Shown here: one piece after another, positions 17,187-27,120 of the stretch
Position numbering within the stretch: the stretch's first letter is position 1
Layout of the letters: every line of letters begins with the position of its first letter
Source of the DNA: Acidimicrobiia bacterium
GTDB lineage: Bacteria > Actinomycetota > Acidimicrobiia > Spongiisociales > ZC4RG35
DNA: 64,000 nucleotides
Direction: 5' to 3'
NCBI GenBank assembly: GCA_035292685.1
Contig: DATDPP010000040.1
Coordinates: 1,398 to 65,397, forward strand
Notes under the pieces: model-generated
Told to the model about the DNA's origin: nothing
Database searches by the model: none
The model's input: only the letters and a program-made list of their open reading frames with translations
Program-made: the position numbers and the translations under genes

Positions 17187-19904
17187 ATGCCAGACGACCA
17201 CGGGCTGATCCTCGGGACCCAATTCATCCATCAGCTTCCCGACACGGATCCGACGGAAACCCAGGAGTGGGTCGATTCCTTCGACGACGTCGTCAGGGGA
17301 CAGGGGCCGGACCGGGCCCGCTTCCTAATGGCCAAGCTCCTCGAACGCGCCCACGAGACCAGCATCGGAGTGCCGGGTTCGGTCACCACTCCCTATGTCA
17401 ACACCATCTCGGCCGAGGACGAGGCCGAGTTCCCCGGAGACGAGAACATCGAACGGAGGATCCGCCGTTTCGTCCGTTGGAACGCAGCCGTCATGGTGAT
17501 CAAGGCCAATCATCGCGAGAAGGGCATTGGGGGGCATCTCTCCACCTTCGCCTCCTCGGCCACTCTCTACGAGATCGGGTTCAATCATTTCTTCAAGGGC
17601 AAGAGCTCACCTGGGGGCGGAGACCACATCTACCTGCAGGGTCATGCCGCACCCGGTATCTACGCCAGGGCCTTTCTCGAAGGCCGCCTCGAGGAGAAGC
17701 ACCTCGACAACTTTCGCTTCGAAATCGGCGGCGACGGTCTCTCCTCATACCCTCACCCCCGCCTGATGCCGGACTTCTGGGAATACCCGACGGTGTCCAT
17801 GGGCATCGGGCCGATCAACTCCATTTACCAAGCCAGGTTCAACAAGTACCTGCAAAACCGGGGGCTCGATGACACCTCCGAATCCCGGATCTGGTGCTTC
17901 ATCGGAGACGGGGAGACCGACGAGCCCGAGACCCTGGGAGCAATCTCGCTGGCCACCCGGGAAGGCCTCGACAACCTCACATGGGTCATCAACTGCAACC
18001 TGCAGCGTCTCGACGGACCGGTTCGAGGCAACGGCCAGATCATCAGCGAGCTCGAGGCGGTGTTCCGCGGCGCAGGTTGGAACGTGATCAAGGTGATATG
18101 GGGAACCGGATGGGACCGCCTCCTGGCAAACGACCAGGAGGGTGCCCTGATCGGTGTGATGAGCAGCACCGTGGATGGTGAGTACCAGCGGTACAAGGCC
18201 GAAGACGGGGCCTACGTCCGCGAGCACTTCTTCGGGAAGGATCCCAGGACCAAGGCCATGGTGGCCGCCATGACCGACGACGAGATTTGGGCCTTGCGAC
18301 GCGGGGGCCTCGACTATCGCAAGGTGTATGCCGCCTACAAGGTGGCCACCGAGCTCGACAACGGGAAACCGACCGTGATCCTGGCCAAGACCATCAAGGG
18401 TTGGACATTGGGACCGGACGTCGAGGGCCGGAACGCAACCCACCAGATCAAAGAGCTCACCAACCAACAACTGATGGCCCTTCGGGCGACACTGCATCTC
18501 GAAGAGGAGATACCCGCTGAGTCATTGGAGGGCGAGAGCGTGCCTCCTTATTTCCGTCCCGGACCGGGAACGCCCGAATATGAGTACCTGCACCAAAGAC
18601 GACAGGAGCTGGGCGGGTTGCTTCCGATGAGGGCGGTGCCCGATACCGAGCTGAAGCTTCCGCTCCCCGACGCTTACGCCGAGATCCATGCCGGTTCAGG
18701 AAAGATCGAGGCCTCCACGACTACAGCATTCACCCGGCTCCTGCGCAACCTGTCCCGGGTGGACGGCTTCGGAGATCGGATCGTGCCCATCGTTCCCGAT
18801 GAGGCCCGGACCTTTGGCATGGACTCGCTGTTCCGCGAGCTCAAGATCTATGCCTCCGGCGGCCAGCTCTATGAGTCGGTTGACGCCTCGATGATCCTCT
18901 CCTACGCCGAGGCCCAGGACGGGCAAATCCTGGAGGAAGGAATCACTGAGGCGGGCTCGCTCGCCTCCTGGATCGCCGCGGCCACCTCATACGCCACCCG
19001 CGGCCTGCCCATGATCCCGTTCTTCATCTTCTACTCGATGTTCGGCTTCCAGCGGGTGGGTGACCTGATCTGGTCGGCAGCCGATTCGAGAGCTCGCGGG
19101 TTCCTGCTCGGCGCCACCGCAGGGAGAACAACCCTCCAGGGCGAGGGGCTCCAACATCAGGACGGTCACAGCCTGATACTCGCCTCCACGGTCCCGGTGT
19201 GCGAGGCATATGACCCCGCCTTCGCCTTCGAAGTGGGGACCATCATCGAGCACGGGCTCGAGCGGATGTACGGGGCAGGCGAGGACCGCTTCTACTACCT
19301 GACTCTCTACAACGAGAACTACCTCCAGCCTGCCCGCCCCGATGGGGTGGCGGAGGGTGTCATCGAAGGCTTGTATCGCTGGCAGGAGGCACCTCAGGCC
19401 GAGGGGCCACAAACGGCCATCCTCTTCTCGGGTTCGGCCAACCTCGCGGCGCGGGAGGCAGCACAGGAGCTGGCCGAGCACTACGACGTGGCGGCCGAGT
19501 TGTGGTCGGCCACCTCGTACAAGAAGCTGCGGGAAGAGGCCCTGGTGGTCGAGCGATGGAACCGGCTACACCCCGACCAAGCCCCGCGCACTCCCCTGGT
19601 CACCAGACGTCTCTCCTCCGTCGGCGGCCCGGTGATCGCCGTCACCGACTTCATGAAGCTGGTCCCCGACCAGGTAGCCCCCTGGGTGCCCTCCCGGTTC
19701 GTGACGTTGGGCACGGATGGGTTCGGGCGTTCCGACTCGAGGCAGGCCCTGCGCAAGTTCTTCGAGATCGACGCCGCCAGCATCGTCGCCACCACCCTCT
19801 GGGCGTTGTTCAACGACGGCTTGGTCCCAAGCAGCGCGGTCCAGGATGCCTTCACCCGATACGGGATCGATCCGGAGACCCCGGACCCGGCTCATCGGCA
19901 TTGA
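17187..19904 (+). CDS. aceE: Pyruvate dehydrogenase E1 component, homodimeric type
   Basis: 905 aa, ThDP-binding region FIGDGETDEPE, typical AceE length. TAACAT sits 7 nt upstream of the ATG. Confidence 0.9.
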   Translation: MPDDHGLILGTQFIHQLPDTDPTETQEWVDSFDDVVRGQGPDRARFLMAKLLERAHETSIGVPGSVTTPYVNTISAEDEAEFPGDENIERRIRRFVRWNAAVMVIKANHREKGIGGHLSTFASSATLYEIGFNHFFKGKSSPGGGDHIYLQGHAAPGIYARAFLEGRLEEKHLDNFRFEIGGDGLSSYPHPRLMPDFWEYPTVSMGIGPINSIYQARFNKYLQNRGLDDTSESRIWCFIGDGETDEPETLGAISLATREGLDNLTWVINCNLQRLDGPVRGNGQIISELEAVFRGAGWNVIKVIWGTGWDRLLANDQEGALIGVMSSTVDGEYQRYKAEDGAYVREHFFGKDPRTKAMVAAMTDDEIWALRRGGLDYRKVYAAYKVATELDNGKPTVILAKTIKGWTLGPDVEGRNATHQIKELTNQQLMALRATLHLEEEIPAESLEGESVPPYFRPGPGTPEYEYLHQRRQELGGLLPMRAVPDTELKLPLPDAYAEIHAGSGKIEASTTTAFTRLLRNLSRVDGFGDRIVPIVPDEARTFGMDSLFRELKIYASGGQLYESVDASMILSYAEAQDGQILEEGITEAGSLASWIAAATSYATRGLPMIPFFIFYSMFGFQRVGDLIWSAADSRARGFLLGATAGRTTLQGEGLQHQDGHSLILASTVPVCEAYDPAFAFEVGTIIEHGLERMYGAGEDRFYYLTLYNENYLQPARPDGVAEGVIEGLYRWQEAPQAEGPQTAILFSGSANLAAREAAQELAEHYDVAAELWSATSYKKLREEALVVERWNRLHPDQAPRTPLVTRRLSSVGGPVIAVTDFMKLVPDQVAPWVPSRFVTLGTDGFGRSDSRQALRKFFEIDAASIVATTLWALFNDGLVPSSAVQDAFTRYGIDPETPDPAHRH

Positions 19905-19918
19905 AATCGGCCGGACAG

Positions 19919-20332
19919 ATGCTGGTGCGTGAGCCGATCCGGGTGGCGATGGTGGCTCATGCCCGGAACGGCCTGCCCAACGAGTGTTGTGGCTTGATCG
20001 CCTCGGACTCCTCGGGGAGAGTCTGTTTCGCCTATCCCCTCACCAACGCCGACCCTTCACCGGTCACGTTCACCATCGACCCTGACGAGCATTTCGGCGC
20101 GATGCGCCATGCGGAGAATCAGGGATGGGAGATCTCAGGGGTCTTCCACTCCCATCCCGACGGTGGGGCCACCCCCTCGGTCACCGATGTGGCGATGGCC
20201 TGGGATCCGGAGTGGATCTATTTCGTCGTCGCTGCCGACGAAGTGGGCGCCTTTCGGATCCGGTCAGGCGAGGTCCTGAGACTGGATGTGGAATGGGTGT
20301 CGTCGGGGCCCATTGCTGGCGAGCGCCGATGA
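19919..20332 (+). CDS. Mov34/MPN/JAMM-family metalloprotease
   Basis: Track ORF trimmed to ATG 19919. HSHPDGGATPSVTD (H-x-H-x7-S-x2-D) and upstream NECCG Glu. Confidence 0.8.
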   Translation: MLVREPIRVAMVAHARNGLPNECCGLIASDSSGRVCFAYPLTNADPSPVTFTIDPDEHFGAMRHAENQGWEISGVFHSHPDGGATPSVTDVAMAWDPEWIYFVVAADEVGAFRIRSGEVLRLDVEWVSSGPIAGERR

Positions 20333-20354
20333 CCAGCGACGCAACGTCGTGGGC

Positions 20355-22004
20355 TCAGACGATGCCGCCCACGACCATGCCCAGACCGAGGAAGAAGGCA
20401 TATACCGCCATCCCGCCCGCCAGAAAGGTCCACCGCTGCCAGACCGGGATGCTGCTCCGGCCGAACAAGTAATAGGCGATCACCCCGAGGAAGGGAACCA
20501 GGAGAATCACAGCCATCCAGGCGATGGCTTTGCCCCTGCTCAGGTCCTCACGGCGCGACAGATCCCAGGTCGCGATCACCACCCACGAGGTGTAGAGGAC
20601 CAGCGGGAGCACGTATGCGTAGAGGCCGAAGAAGATCCCTGCGGCCGAGGCCAAGCTGACACCCATGATGTTGATTCCTCTCTCTTGTGTGACTTCCGAC
20701 CCCGGAGGCATCTCCGGGATCGCAATGCTGTCGATATCGGGCCTCGATCCGGCGAAGACGTTGACGGCCGGGGCCACCGGGGCGTCGGCGCCCCCCGGCA
20801 TGTTGGGCTGTGGCTCCGGATCGGGCATGGCGGTGACGTCGAACTCGGGTTGCAGGCCGCGGCCGCTCTCGAACAGGCGCCCCAGCTGGGCGGAGCTCGA
20901 GCCAAGCTCGAACAGGGCTGGTAGCCGGAGACCGTCACAAGGCTGTTTGAGCTCAAGGGCGGCCGGCAACGAGGTCGAGTACACGTTGTCCTCGAAACAG
21001 TTGCCGGAGGAGGACGGTCCGCCAAGAGTCAGATCGGCCAGACCCGAGCCTTCCACGACATTGCCCACGATGTGGTGGCCATAAGACAGGTAGACATTGG
21101 CGTCGAGCATGGGCAGCACGATGATCCCGCTCTGGGGGTGGTTGAACACACGATTCCGTGAGACGTAGGAGTCGCCGCCTCCGGTGAGCATGATCCCGTT
21201 TCCCTGGGCCGCCCACTGGTAGGCGAGGGCGGGTGCCGCCTCGTTTCCGTTGTCATGAACCAGGTTCCCGACCACAGTGACCCCATGGAACGGCGGCAAT
21301 AGCTCGCTATCGAGGGTGTTGGGGCCGATCCCGGCGAGGTTGTGTCTGAACACGGAATTGACGATGTAGATGTCGGTCGAGGCGTTGGTCCCCGAATAGC
21401 CCAACCCGTTCCACTCCGAGATCGAGTCGGTGATGGTCGACTGGCACGGGTCGCACTGGCCGATGTAGAGCCCGGCGTCCGGAGAGCCGAAGGCGTAGGA
21501 GTGCTCGAGTAGCCCGTCACTGGAGTCGAAGGCGTAGATCCCGTAATAGCCGTTGTTGAGCGCGGTCAGATAGGAACCGCGGAAGCCTCTCACTCCGGTC
21601 CAGTAGACCCCGTTCCCGGTGGCATTGCGAACAGTCAGATTCTCGACGGCGACACCATCGGCAAAGAACACGTCGATGCCATTGGCACGCTGCATCTCAC
21701 CGTCGATGATCACTTCGTTGCGATCGACTCCACGGATGCTGAGGCCCGGTGTTGTGACCTCCACCTCCTCCCGGTATACCCCGCGATCAATGAGGACCAG
21801 ATCACCAGGGCCGGCCGCGTCCACGGCTTCCTGGATGGTTGGATATTCCTGGGGGACGAGGCGGGTTTCTCCGGACCACTCGGCGGGGGCGTCGGTCTCG
21901 GGGTCCCCAAGTGCGGCTGGTGAGGGATCGCCGACCGGTGGACCGGCACAGGCGGCCAGGCCGGTCATCAGCACCGCCCCCAGCAACCGCCACCGAGGTC
22001 TCAC
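20355..22004 (-). CDS. Lipoprotein with right-handed parallel beta-helix (NosD-like) fused to a C-terminal PLDc_N-type membrane domain
   Basis: GTG start with GTGA overlap on the cupredoxin stop. Signal plus lipobox LAAC. Repetitive beta-helix sequence (NATGNGVYW, NNGYYGIYA, and similar). The last ~115 aa contain TM helices and WDLSRREDLSRGKAIAWMAVILLVPFLGVIAYYLFGR. Confidence 0.7.
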   Translation of the reverse strand: MRPRWRLLGAVLMTGLAACAGPPVGDPSPAALGDPETDAPAEWSGETRLVPQEYPTIQEAVDAAGPGDLVLIDRGVYREEVEVTTPGLSIRGVDRNEVIIDGEMQRANGIDVFFADGVAVENLTVRNATGNGVYWTGVRGFRGSYLTALNNGYYGIYAFDSSDGLLEHSYAFGSPDAGLYIGQCDPCQSTITDSISEWNGLGYSGTNASTDIYIVNSVFRHNLAGIGPNTLDSELLPPFHGVTVVGNLVHDNGNEAAPALAYQWAAQGNGIMLTGGGDSYVSRNRVFNHPQSGIIVLPMLDANVYLSYGHHIVGNVVEGSGLADLTLGGPSSSGNCFEDNVYSTSLPAALELKQPCDGLRLPALFELGSSSAQLGRLFESGRGLQPEFDVTAMPDPEPQPNMPGGADAPVAPAVNVFAGSRPDIDSIAIPEMPPGSEVTQERGINIMGVSLASAAGIFFGLYAYVLPLVLYTSWVVIATWDLSRREDLSRGKAIAWMAVILLVPFLGVIAYYLFGRSSIPVWQRWTFLAGGMAVYAFFLGLGMVVGGIV

Positions 22005-22378
22005 CCTTGGGGAGCCTCCACGAACACCTTGCCCGCCATGCCAGCGCCGTCCGCATTGCCGTGGAAGGTGCAGAAGAAGAGGTACTCACCCGGCACGTCG
22101 AAATCGATGGTCGCCACGTCGCCCTCGTGCTGCTCCAAACTGCCGAAGACATCCTCGGTCGACCAGGATTCGTCGGCGGCAACCGCGTTGTGTGGGTTCC
22201 GGCCCGCACCCACGAAGCTGACCGAGCCACCATCGGGGATCCGGATCTCGTTGTATTCGTATCGGTTGTCGAACATCCGCACCGTCACATCCTGTCCCTC
22301 TACGACCGCGTCGCCGCCGCCACAGGCAGCCAGGAAGAACACGCCAAGAAGAGCCATGGCCGGCAGGCGACGGTTCAT
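22001..22378 (-). CDS. Cupredoxin (type-1 blue copper) lipoprotein
   Basis: 125 aa, lipobox LAAC. Candidate Cu ligands: NPHN His and CTFHGNADGAGM (C-x2-H-x7-M). Confidence 0.75.
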   Translation of the reverse strand: MNRRLPAMALLGVFFLAACGGGDAVVEGQDVTVRMFDNRYEYNEIRIPDGGSVSFVGAGRNPHNAVAADESWSTEDVFGSLEQHEGDVATIDFDVPGEYLFFCTFHGNADGAGMAGKVFVEAPQG

Positions 22379-22381
22379 CCT

Positions 22382-22933
22382 TCACCCCTTCTTGAACAGG
22401 CCTTTGAGCCAACCCCAGAGGGACCCAAAGAAAAGGGATACCCACCGCACCTCGCCGGCCCGGATCGTGCTCGCCTTCTCCACATTGGTCGCCGCGAGTT
22501 TCGCCTCCAGACAATCGACGAAGTCGCCAATCAAGCGCCTTGACATCTCGTTGATGAGACCGGTCCGCCCGAATTGGGCGGCCGGACCGGAAAGAGTCAG
22601 ATCGGCATCCACCGTCACCCTGGAACCGGTGCCCTCGGCAATGACGCAGTAGGTCACCTTGACCTGTCCTCGGGAACCACCCTTCCGGTCGGTCCCCTTG
22701 CCTTCGATGGTCGCGGTGAGCGTGTCGGGGTCTGGGACCACCACGCAATTGCCCTCGAAGGCGGCAGCCATCGGCCCCAGCTTCACCGAGAGATTGCCAT
22801 CGTATGAGCCGTCCTCGCCCTGGCCGGTGAGGTTGGCCCCCGGCAGGCACTGAGCCACGTCAGGCACGTTCTGGAAGAAGTCCCAAACGACATTGGTGGG
22901 ACGCGCAACCACGAATTCCTGCTTGATGTTCAT
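22382..22933 (-). CDS. SRPBCC/CoxG-family protein with hydrophobic C-terminal tail
   Basis: Trimmed to ATG 22933 (MNIKQEF; AGGAGG SD upstream). CoxG-like sequence, plus tail WVSLFFGSLWGWLKGLF. Confidence 0.65.
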   Translation of the reverse strand: MNIKQEFVVARPTNVVWDFFQNVPDVAQCLPGANLTGQGEDGSYDGNLSVKLGPMAAAFEGNCVVVPDPDTLTATIEGKGTDRKGGSRGQVKVTYCVIAEGTGSRVTVDADLTLSGPAAQFGRTGLINEMSRRLIGDFVDCLEAKLAATNVEKASTIRAGEVRWVSLFFGSLWGWLKGLFKKG

Positions 22934-22994
22934 GGTCCTCCTGCGAGGTGGTTGGCGAAGCACCCAAACGGTAGTGGATCACCGTCCCGTGGCG

Positions 22995-23480
22995 TCATCT
23001 GTGCTCGGTATCACCTGACAACAGATCGAGGGCATGTGGGATGACTTCGAGCACCGCCTCCAGGCCATCGACCGCGCCCCTGGCCGAGCCGGGGACGTTG
23101 ATCACAAGCGTGTGCCCTAGCGAGCCCGCCCTCGCCCGCGACAGCCCCGCCATGGCAGTCGACTCCAGGCCGCGCGACATCATCATGTGGGTCAGACCCG
23201 GCGCCTCCCGCTCCAGGACCTGGGCGGTGGCCTCAGGGGTCACGTCTCGAGGGCCGAGCCCGGTGCCACCTGTGGTGACGATCAGACTGGCCTCTGGCGC
23301 CGATTTCTGGAGAGCAGCCACAATCGCCGGGATCTCGTCGGGCACGACCGCTCTTCTCACCTCGAAGCCGGCCTCGGAGAGGATGGCCCCCAAGGCATCG
23401 CCCGAGGTGTCCTCTCTGATCCCCGAACTGACACCGTCACTGACGGTGACCACGACCGCGATGCGAGCCGCTACCCCCAC
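22995..23480 (-). CDS. MoaB/MogA-family molybdenum cofactor biosynthesis protein
   Basis: Trimmed to GTG 23480 (10-nt overlap with upstream gene). TTGGTGLGPRD motif. Confidence 0.8.
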   Translation of the reverse strand: MGVAARIAVVVTVSDGVSSGIREDTSGDALGAILSEAGFEVRRAVVPDEIPAIVAALQKSAPEASLIVTTGGTGLGPRDVTPEATAQVLEREAPGLTHMMMSRGLESTAMAGLSRARAGSLGHTLVINVPGSARGAVDGLEAVLEVIPHALDLLSGDTEHR

Positions 23481-24313
23481 AGGGTGGGGTCGATCGAAAC
23501 CCCGCCCCGGAGAACGAAGATGGAGAAGAGAAGCATCACGAACAACGTTGCTCCCAACCCCCAGGGCCAAGGAGTCGTTTGCGAGTCTTCGGGGCCCTGC
23601 ACGGTGTTGGTCCCTGGCGCCGCAGCCACGGTGGCCAGGAAGATGACGGCTGTCAGTGGCAACGAAGGGATTACCCCGCTCCCGGCATCCGGGGTGAAGA
23701 AGGGGATGGCGAGGAACACCGCGATCACCGCCGGCACCAGGGCGATCCATAGCGCGAATGTGAACCGCTTACGCCCGTTGTTGATCATGCGATGGTGTGG
23801 AGTGAAAGCGAGAAATGCAGAGGCCGAGGACAGGACGATGAGGAGGAGGCCGACCGCTCCCCCGACCGCGATCACAACGTTCAGGCCGGGCGGGGCATCG
23901 AAGGTGGCGTACGCCAGGCCCAATTGGCCATCGGGGTCGAAGGGGAGAAGGATCGCCTGTCCCAACGCCTGCCGCAGGATGTTCAACAACATCCAGAGCA
24001 ACGCGAGCCGCGCGGTCCCGTGACCACGTGCGGTCGGGTAGGCGAACAGGACGAGAAAGCCCACGATCAGGCACAGCAGGAACCCGCCGGCCCAGGCAAG
24101 GTCGCTGACCCCGGAGATCTCAGCCCGGTTGTTGTAGACCACGGCTTGGCCATCGAGGATGTATGCCAGGAGGCCGTCACCCAGGTCATCGAGGAACTGG
24201 GCGATGACGATTCCCATCGTCGAGCCGAGAACCGACGCGACGACCAGCGGAGGGCCGATCCTTTTGATCGTCTCCGTTGTCGATGACTCTTGAGCCGATA
24301 CCTCACTTGTCAC
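23471..24313 (-). CDS. Hypothetical polytopic membrane protein
   Basis: 280 aa, about 7 hydrophobic segments. TAGCAT sits 8 nt upstream of the GTG start. Confidence 0.55.
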   Translation of the reverse strand: MTSEVSAQESSTTETIKRIGPPLVVASVLGSTMGIVIAQFLDDLGDGLLAYILDGQAVVYNNRAEISGVSDLAWAGGFLLCLIVGFLVLFAYPTARGHGTARLALLWMLLNILRQALGQAILLPFDPDGQLGLAYATFDAPPGLNVVIAVGGAVGLLLIVLSSASAFLAFTPHHRMINNGRKRFTFALWIALVPAVIAVFLAIPFFTPDAGSGVIPSLPLTAVIFLATVAAAPGTNTVQGPEDSQTTPWPWGLGATLFVMLLFSIFVLRGGVSIDPTLWG

Positions 24314-24383
24314 GCAAGGTGATGCTAAACGCCAGGTTCCCCGTGACCAGTCCTTCCCTTTCCTCGCCCGCCGGGGCTACCGA

Positions 24384-24641
24384 TCACAAATCGGCTACGA
24401 GCAGGGTCGCCATCGCCCAAAGGAGGAACACCCCAATTGCCAGAAGCAACACGGGGCCGGTCCGTTTCCAATTCAGCGACGACCAGATGGCGACCATCGC
24501 ACAGAGGATGGCCATGGTCACCGTCCACCAGACCGGGACCACCCCGACGACCGCCGCGCCCACGGTCAACACCAAGACGACGACCAGGAATCCACCGGCC
24601 ACCAGCGCATAGAGGACCTGACGAGGGGTGGGCTCGCTCAC
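24384..24641 (-). CDS. Small hypothetical membrane protein (85 aa, 3 TM)
   Basis: ATGA overlap with the mug stop. Strongly hydrophobic. Confidence 0.5.
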   Translation of the reverse strand: MSEPTPRQVLYALVAGGFLVVVLVLTVGAAVVGVVPVWWTVTMAILCAMVAIWSSLNWKRTGPVLLLAIGVFLLWAMATLLVADL

Positions 24642-25201
24642 AAGAGACCCGCGGCCCGGCCCACCTCGGCGAACCAGCGGGCAACCGATTCAACCGTCTC
24701 ATGGGCATTGAGGCCGGAGGGATTGGGAATCACCCAGATCTGCGCCCCCCAGACATCGGGCTCCTGTCGACCCATCACCGCACCGGGTCGACCGAAAGCG
24801 AGGCGATAGGCGGTCACCCCGGCAATGGCCGCCACCGTCGGGCGTGAGGTCGCGAGGGTCGCCAGGAGCCTGACTCCACCTCGACGCAACTCGGCACCGT
24901 CGATTTCCGAGGCACGGGCGGTTGCCCTCGGGACCAGATTGGTGATGCCCATTCCCCGGGCCAGAAAGGCGGCGCGTTGGGCATCGGTCAACCCCACGTT
25001 GGTGTCGATGTCCAGGTGGATGAGACCAGCCCGGCGCAGCGCCGGATAGAAGCGGTTGGAGGGGTGGCAGAAATGGGTCTGGGTGGCCGCGGTCCACAGC
25101 CCGGGATTGATGCCCACGAACAGAAGGCGGACATCGGGGCCAAGCAGGTCGGGAACAGCCCGTCCCTCGAAGTTCTTCAGCTGTTCCCGGGTGAATCCCA
25201 C
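24638..25201 (-). CDS. mug: G/U mismatch-specific uracil-DNA glycosylase (family 2 UDG)
   Basis: GINPGLWT and NPSGLN motifs, 187 aa. Confidence 0.8.
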   Translation of the reverse strand: MGFTREQLKNFEGRAVPDLLGPDVRLLFVGINPGLWTAATQTHFCHPSNRFYPALRRAGLIHLDIDTNVGLTDAQRAAFLARGMGITNLVPRATARASEIDGAELRRGGVRLLATLATSRPTVAAIAGVTAYRLAFGRPGAVMGRQEPDVWGAQIWVIPNPSGLNAHETVESVARWFAEVGRAAGLL

Positions 25202-25213
25202 GATTCCGGTTGG

Positions 25214-25828
25214 CTACTTCTTCTGACTTTCGATGTAAGGGTTCTCACCCGAGGCGTGGTCGGTGACGTCCACCACCGCGGTCAGCTCGGGAATCGCCTC
25301 GAGCAGTGTGCGCTCGATCCCCTGCTTGAGGGTGACCTGGGCCAACCCGCACCCCTGGCAACCGCCATACAACCGGAGGTAGGCGATGGTCCCGTCCACC
25401 GAAACCAGCTCGGCGCCACCCCCATGGGCGGCAATCGCCGGGTTGACCTGCTCGTTGAGGACCTGTTGCACCTGATCGACCAAGGGGCCGGTGAGATCAC
25501 CGCTGACCCCCGATATCGACGGTGAGGAAGGGCCGTTGGGGTTGTTCATGGCCAAGCCTTGTTCGCTGAGATCGAGTGAGGCGCCCTCGAGCTTGGGGAT
25601 GTCATCCTCGGGGAAGATCACCGCCAGGCCACCATGGCGCTCCACAATCCACCCCTCCTTCTTGTCGACCAGGGCAACAAAGGCCAACTCATAGGTGAAC
25701 TGGGGGCCGCGGAACCCGGTCACTTCGATACTGAGGGAGAATTCCCCGTCCCCCGGCTCCTGGTCGCGCAACTGAAGGATCATCTCGAGGGCATCGGTTG
25801 CGATGCGGATCACGGTGGGCTCGGACAT
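25214..25828 (-). CDS. NfuA-like Fe-S cluster carrier (A-type-like N-domain plus Nfu domain)
   Basis: Trimmed to ATG 25828 (MSEPTVIRI). C-terminal Nfu domain with GGCQGCG. Confidence 0.75.
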   Translation of the reverse strand: MSEPTVIRIATDALEMILQLRDQEPGDGEFSLSIEVTGFRGPQFTYELAFVALVDKKEGWIVERHGGLAVIFPEDDIPKLEGASLDLSEQGLAMNNPNGPSSPSISGVSGDLTGPLVDQVQQVLNEQVNPAIAAHGGGAELVSVDGTIAYLRLYGGCQGCGLAQVTLKQGIERTLLEAIPELTAVVDVTDHASGENPYIESQKK

Positions 25829-25863
25829 ATGCCAGGATGGTAACTGCCGCCACGAGAAAGCCC

Positions 25864-27063
25864 ATGCCGACCGCCGTAGTCGTCCTCCCCAGCACCACCT
25901 ACCGGGCAGCCGATTTCGTGGCGGCGGCCGAGGCGCTCGGGGTGGGCCTGATCGTGGCATCGGAGGGCCCGGCCCCGATCGACATGGGCGACGGTTACCT
26001 CCAGATCGACTGCACCGACCCGGCCCGGGCGGCGGAAGCGATCGTCGCACTCGGTGACCGGATCGCGATCGACGGTGTGGTGGCGGCCGATGACGCCGGA
26101 GTGGTGGTCGCCGCCCTCACCGGCGAGACCCTGGGCCTGCGCTCCAACCCACCCTTTGCCGCGGCAGCCACCAGAAGCAAGGCGGCACAACGGCGGGCGA
26201 TGGAGGCGGCCGAGGTGCCTCAGCCCCGATTCGCAGTGATCGATCCCGGGGATGATGCCGTGTCGGAGGCCGCGGCCATCGGCTATCCGCTGGTGATCAA
26301 GCCGGTGGACCGCGCCGCCGGGCAGGGGGTGATGAGAGTGGATCGTGTCGAAGACCTGATGCCCCTTGTGGAACGGCTGCGCCGGATCGTCGGCGAGTCG
26401 GCCCAGCTCGTAGCCGAATCGTTCATGCCCGGCGTCGAAGTGGCGGTGGAAGGGATCGTCAACGACGGGGTGCTGGCGGTCCTCGCCATCTTCGACAAGC
26501 CCGACGCCGGTGACGGCCCATTCTTCCCCGAGACCATCCTGGTCACCCCCTCCCGTCTTCCAGCGGCGACGGCCAACGAGTGCGAACGAGTGGCACAAGC
26601 TGCCCTAGACGCCATTGGCATCACCCATGGCCCGGTCCACGTCGAGCTGATGGTGGAGGGCTCCCAGGTGAGGGTGATCGAGGTGGCTGCCCGCTCCATC
26701 GGCGGGCTGTGCTCGAAGAGCCTCAACTTCGGGCTCATGGGCACGACGTTGGAGACCCTCATCCTCCGCAACGCCCTGGGCATGGACAAGCCCGAATTGC
26801 ATCGCGAGTCGGTGGCCAGCGGGGTGTTGATGGTGCCCATCCCGAGGAACGGGCGATTCGTCGAGGTCCGAAACACCGAGGCGGTGCGCGGTTTGCCCTA
26901 CGTGACCGGGATGGACATCACCGTCAAACCGGGCCGCCTTCTCGAGCCGCCCCCAGAGGGCGACCGCTACCTCGGGTTCGTCTATGCCCGAGCCGCAACC
27001 CCCGAGGACGTGGAAACCAGTCTTCGCAAGGCCGAGGGCCTACTGGAGGTGGTGGTCGAATGA
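25864..27063 (+). CDS. ATP-grasp domain protein
   Basis: ATP-grasp-like central region (YPLVIKPVDRAAGQGV). Start uncertain: 25798, 25837 or 25864. Confidence 0.65.
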   Translation: MPTAVVVLPSTTYRAADFVAAAEALGVGLIVASEGPAPIDMGDGYLQIDCTDPARAAEAIVALGDRIAIDGVVAADDAGVVVAALTGETLGLRSNPPFAAAATRSKAAQRRAMEAAEVPQPRFAVIDPGDDAVSEAAAIGYPLVIKPVDRAAGQGVMRVDRVEDLMPLVERLRRIVGESAQLVAESFMPGVEVAVEGIVNDGVLAVLAIFDKPDAGDGPFFPETILVTPSRLPAATANECERVAQAALDAIGITHGPVHVELMVEGSQVRVIEVAARSIGGLCSKSLNFGLMGTTLETLILRNALGMDKPELHRESVASGVLMVPIPRNGRFVEVRNTEAVRGLPYVTGMDITVKPGRLLEPPPEGDRYLGFVYARAATPEDVETSLRKAEGLLEVVVE

Positions 27064-27120
27064 GTTTTCCCCATGCCGGTCCTCTCCCCCCAACCATCAA
27101 CCTCTACTTGAAGGTCAGCT

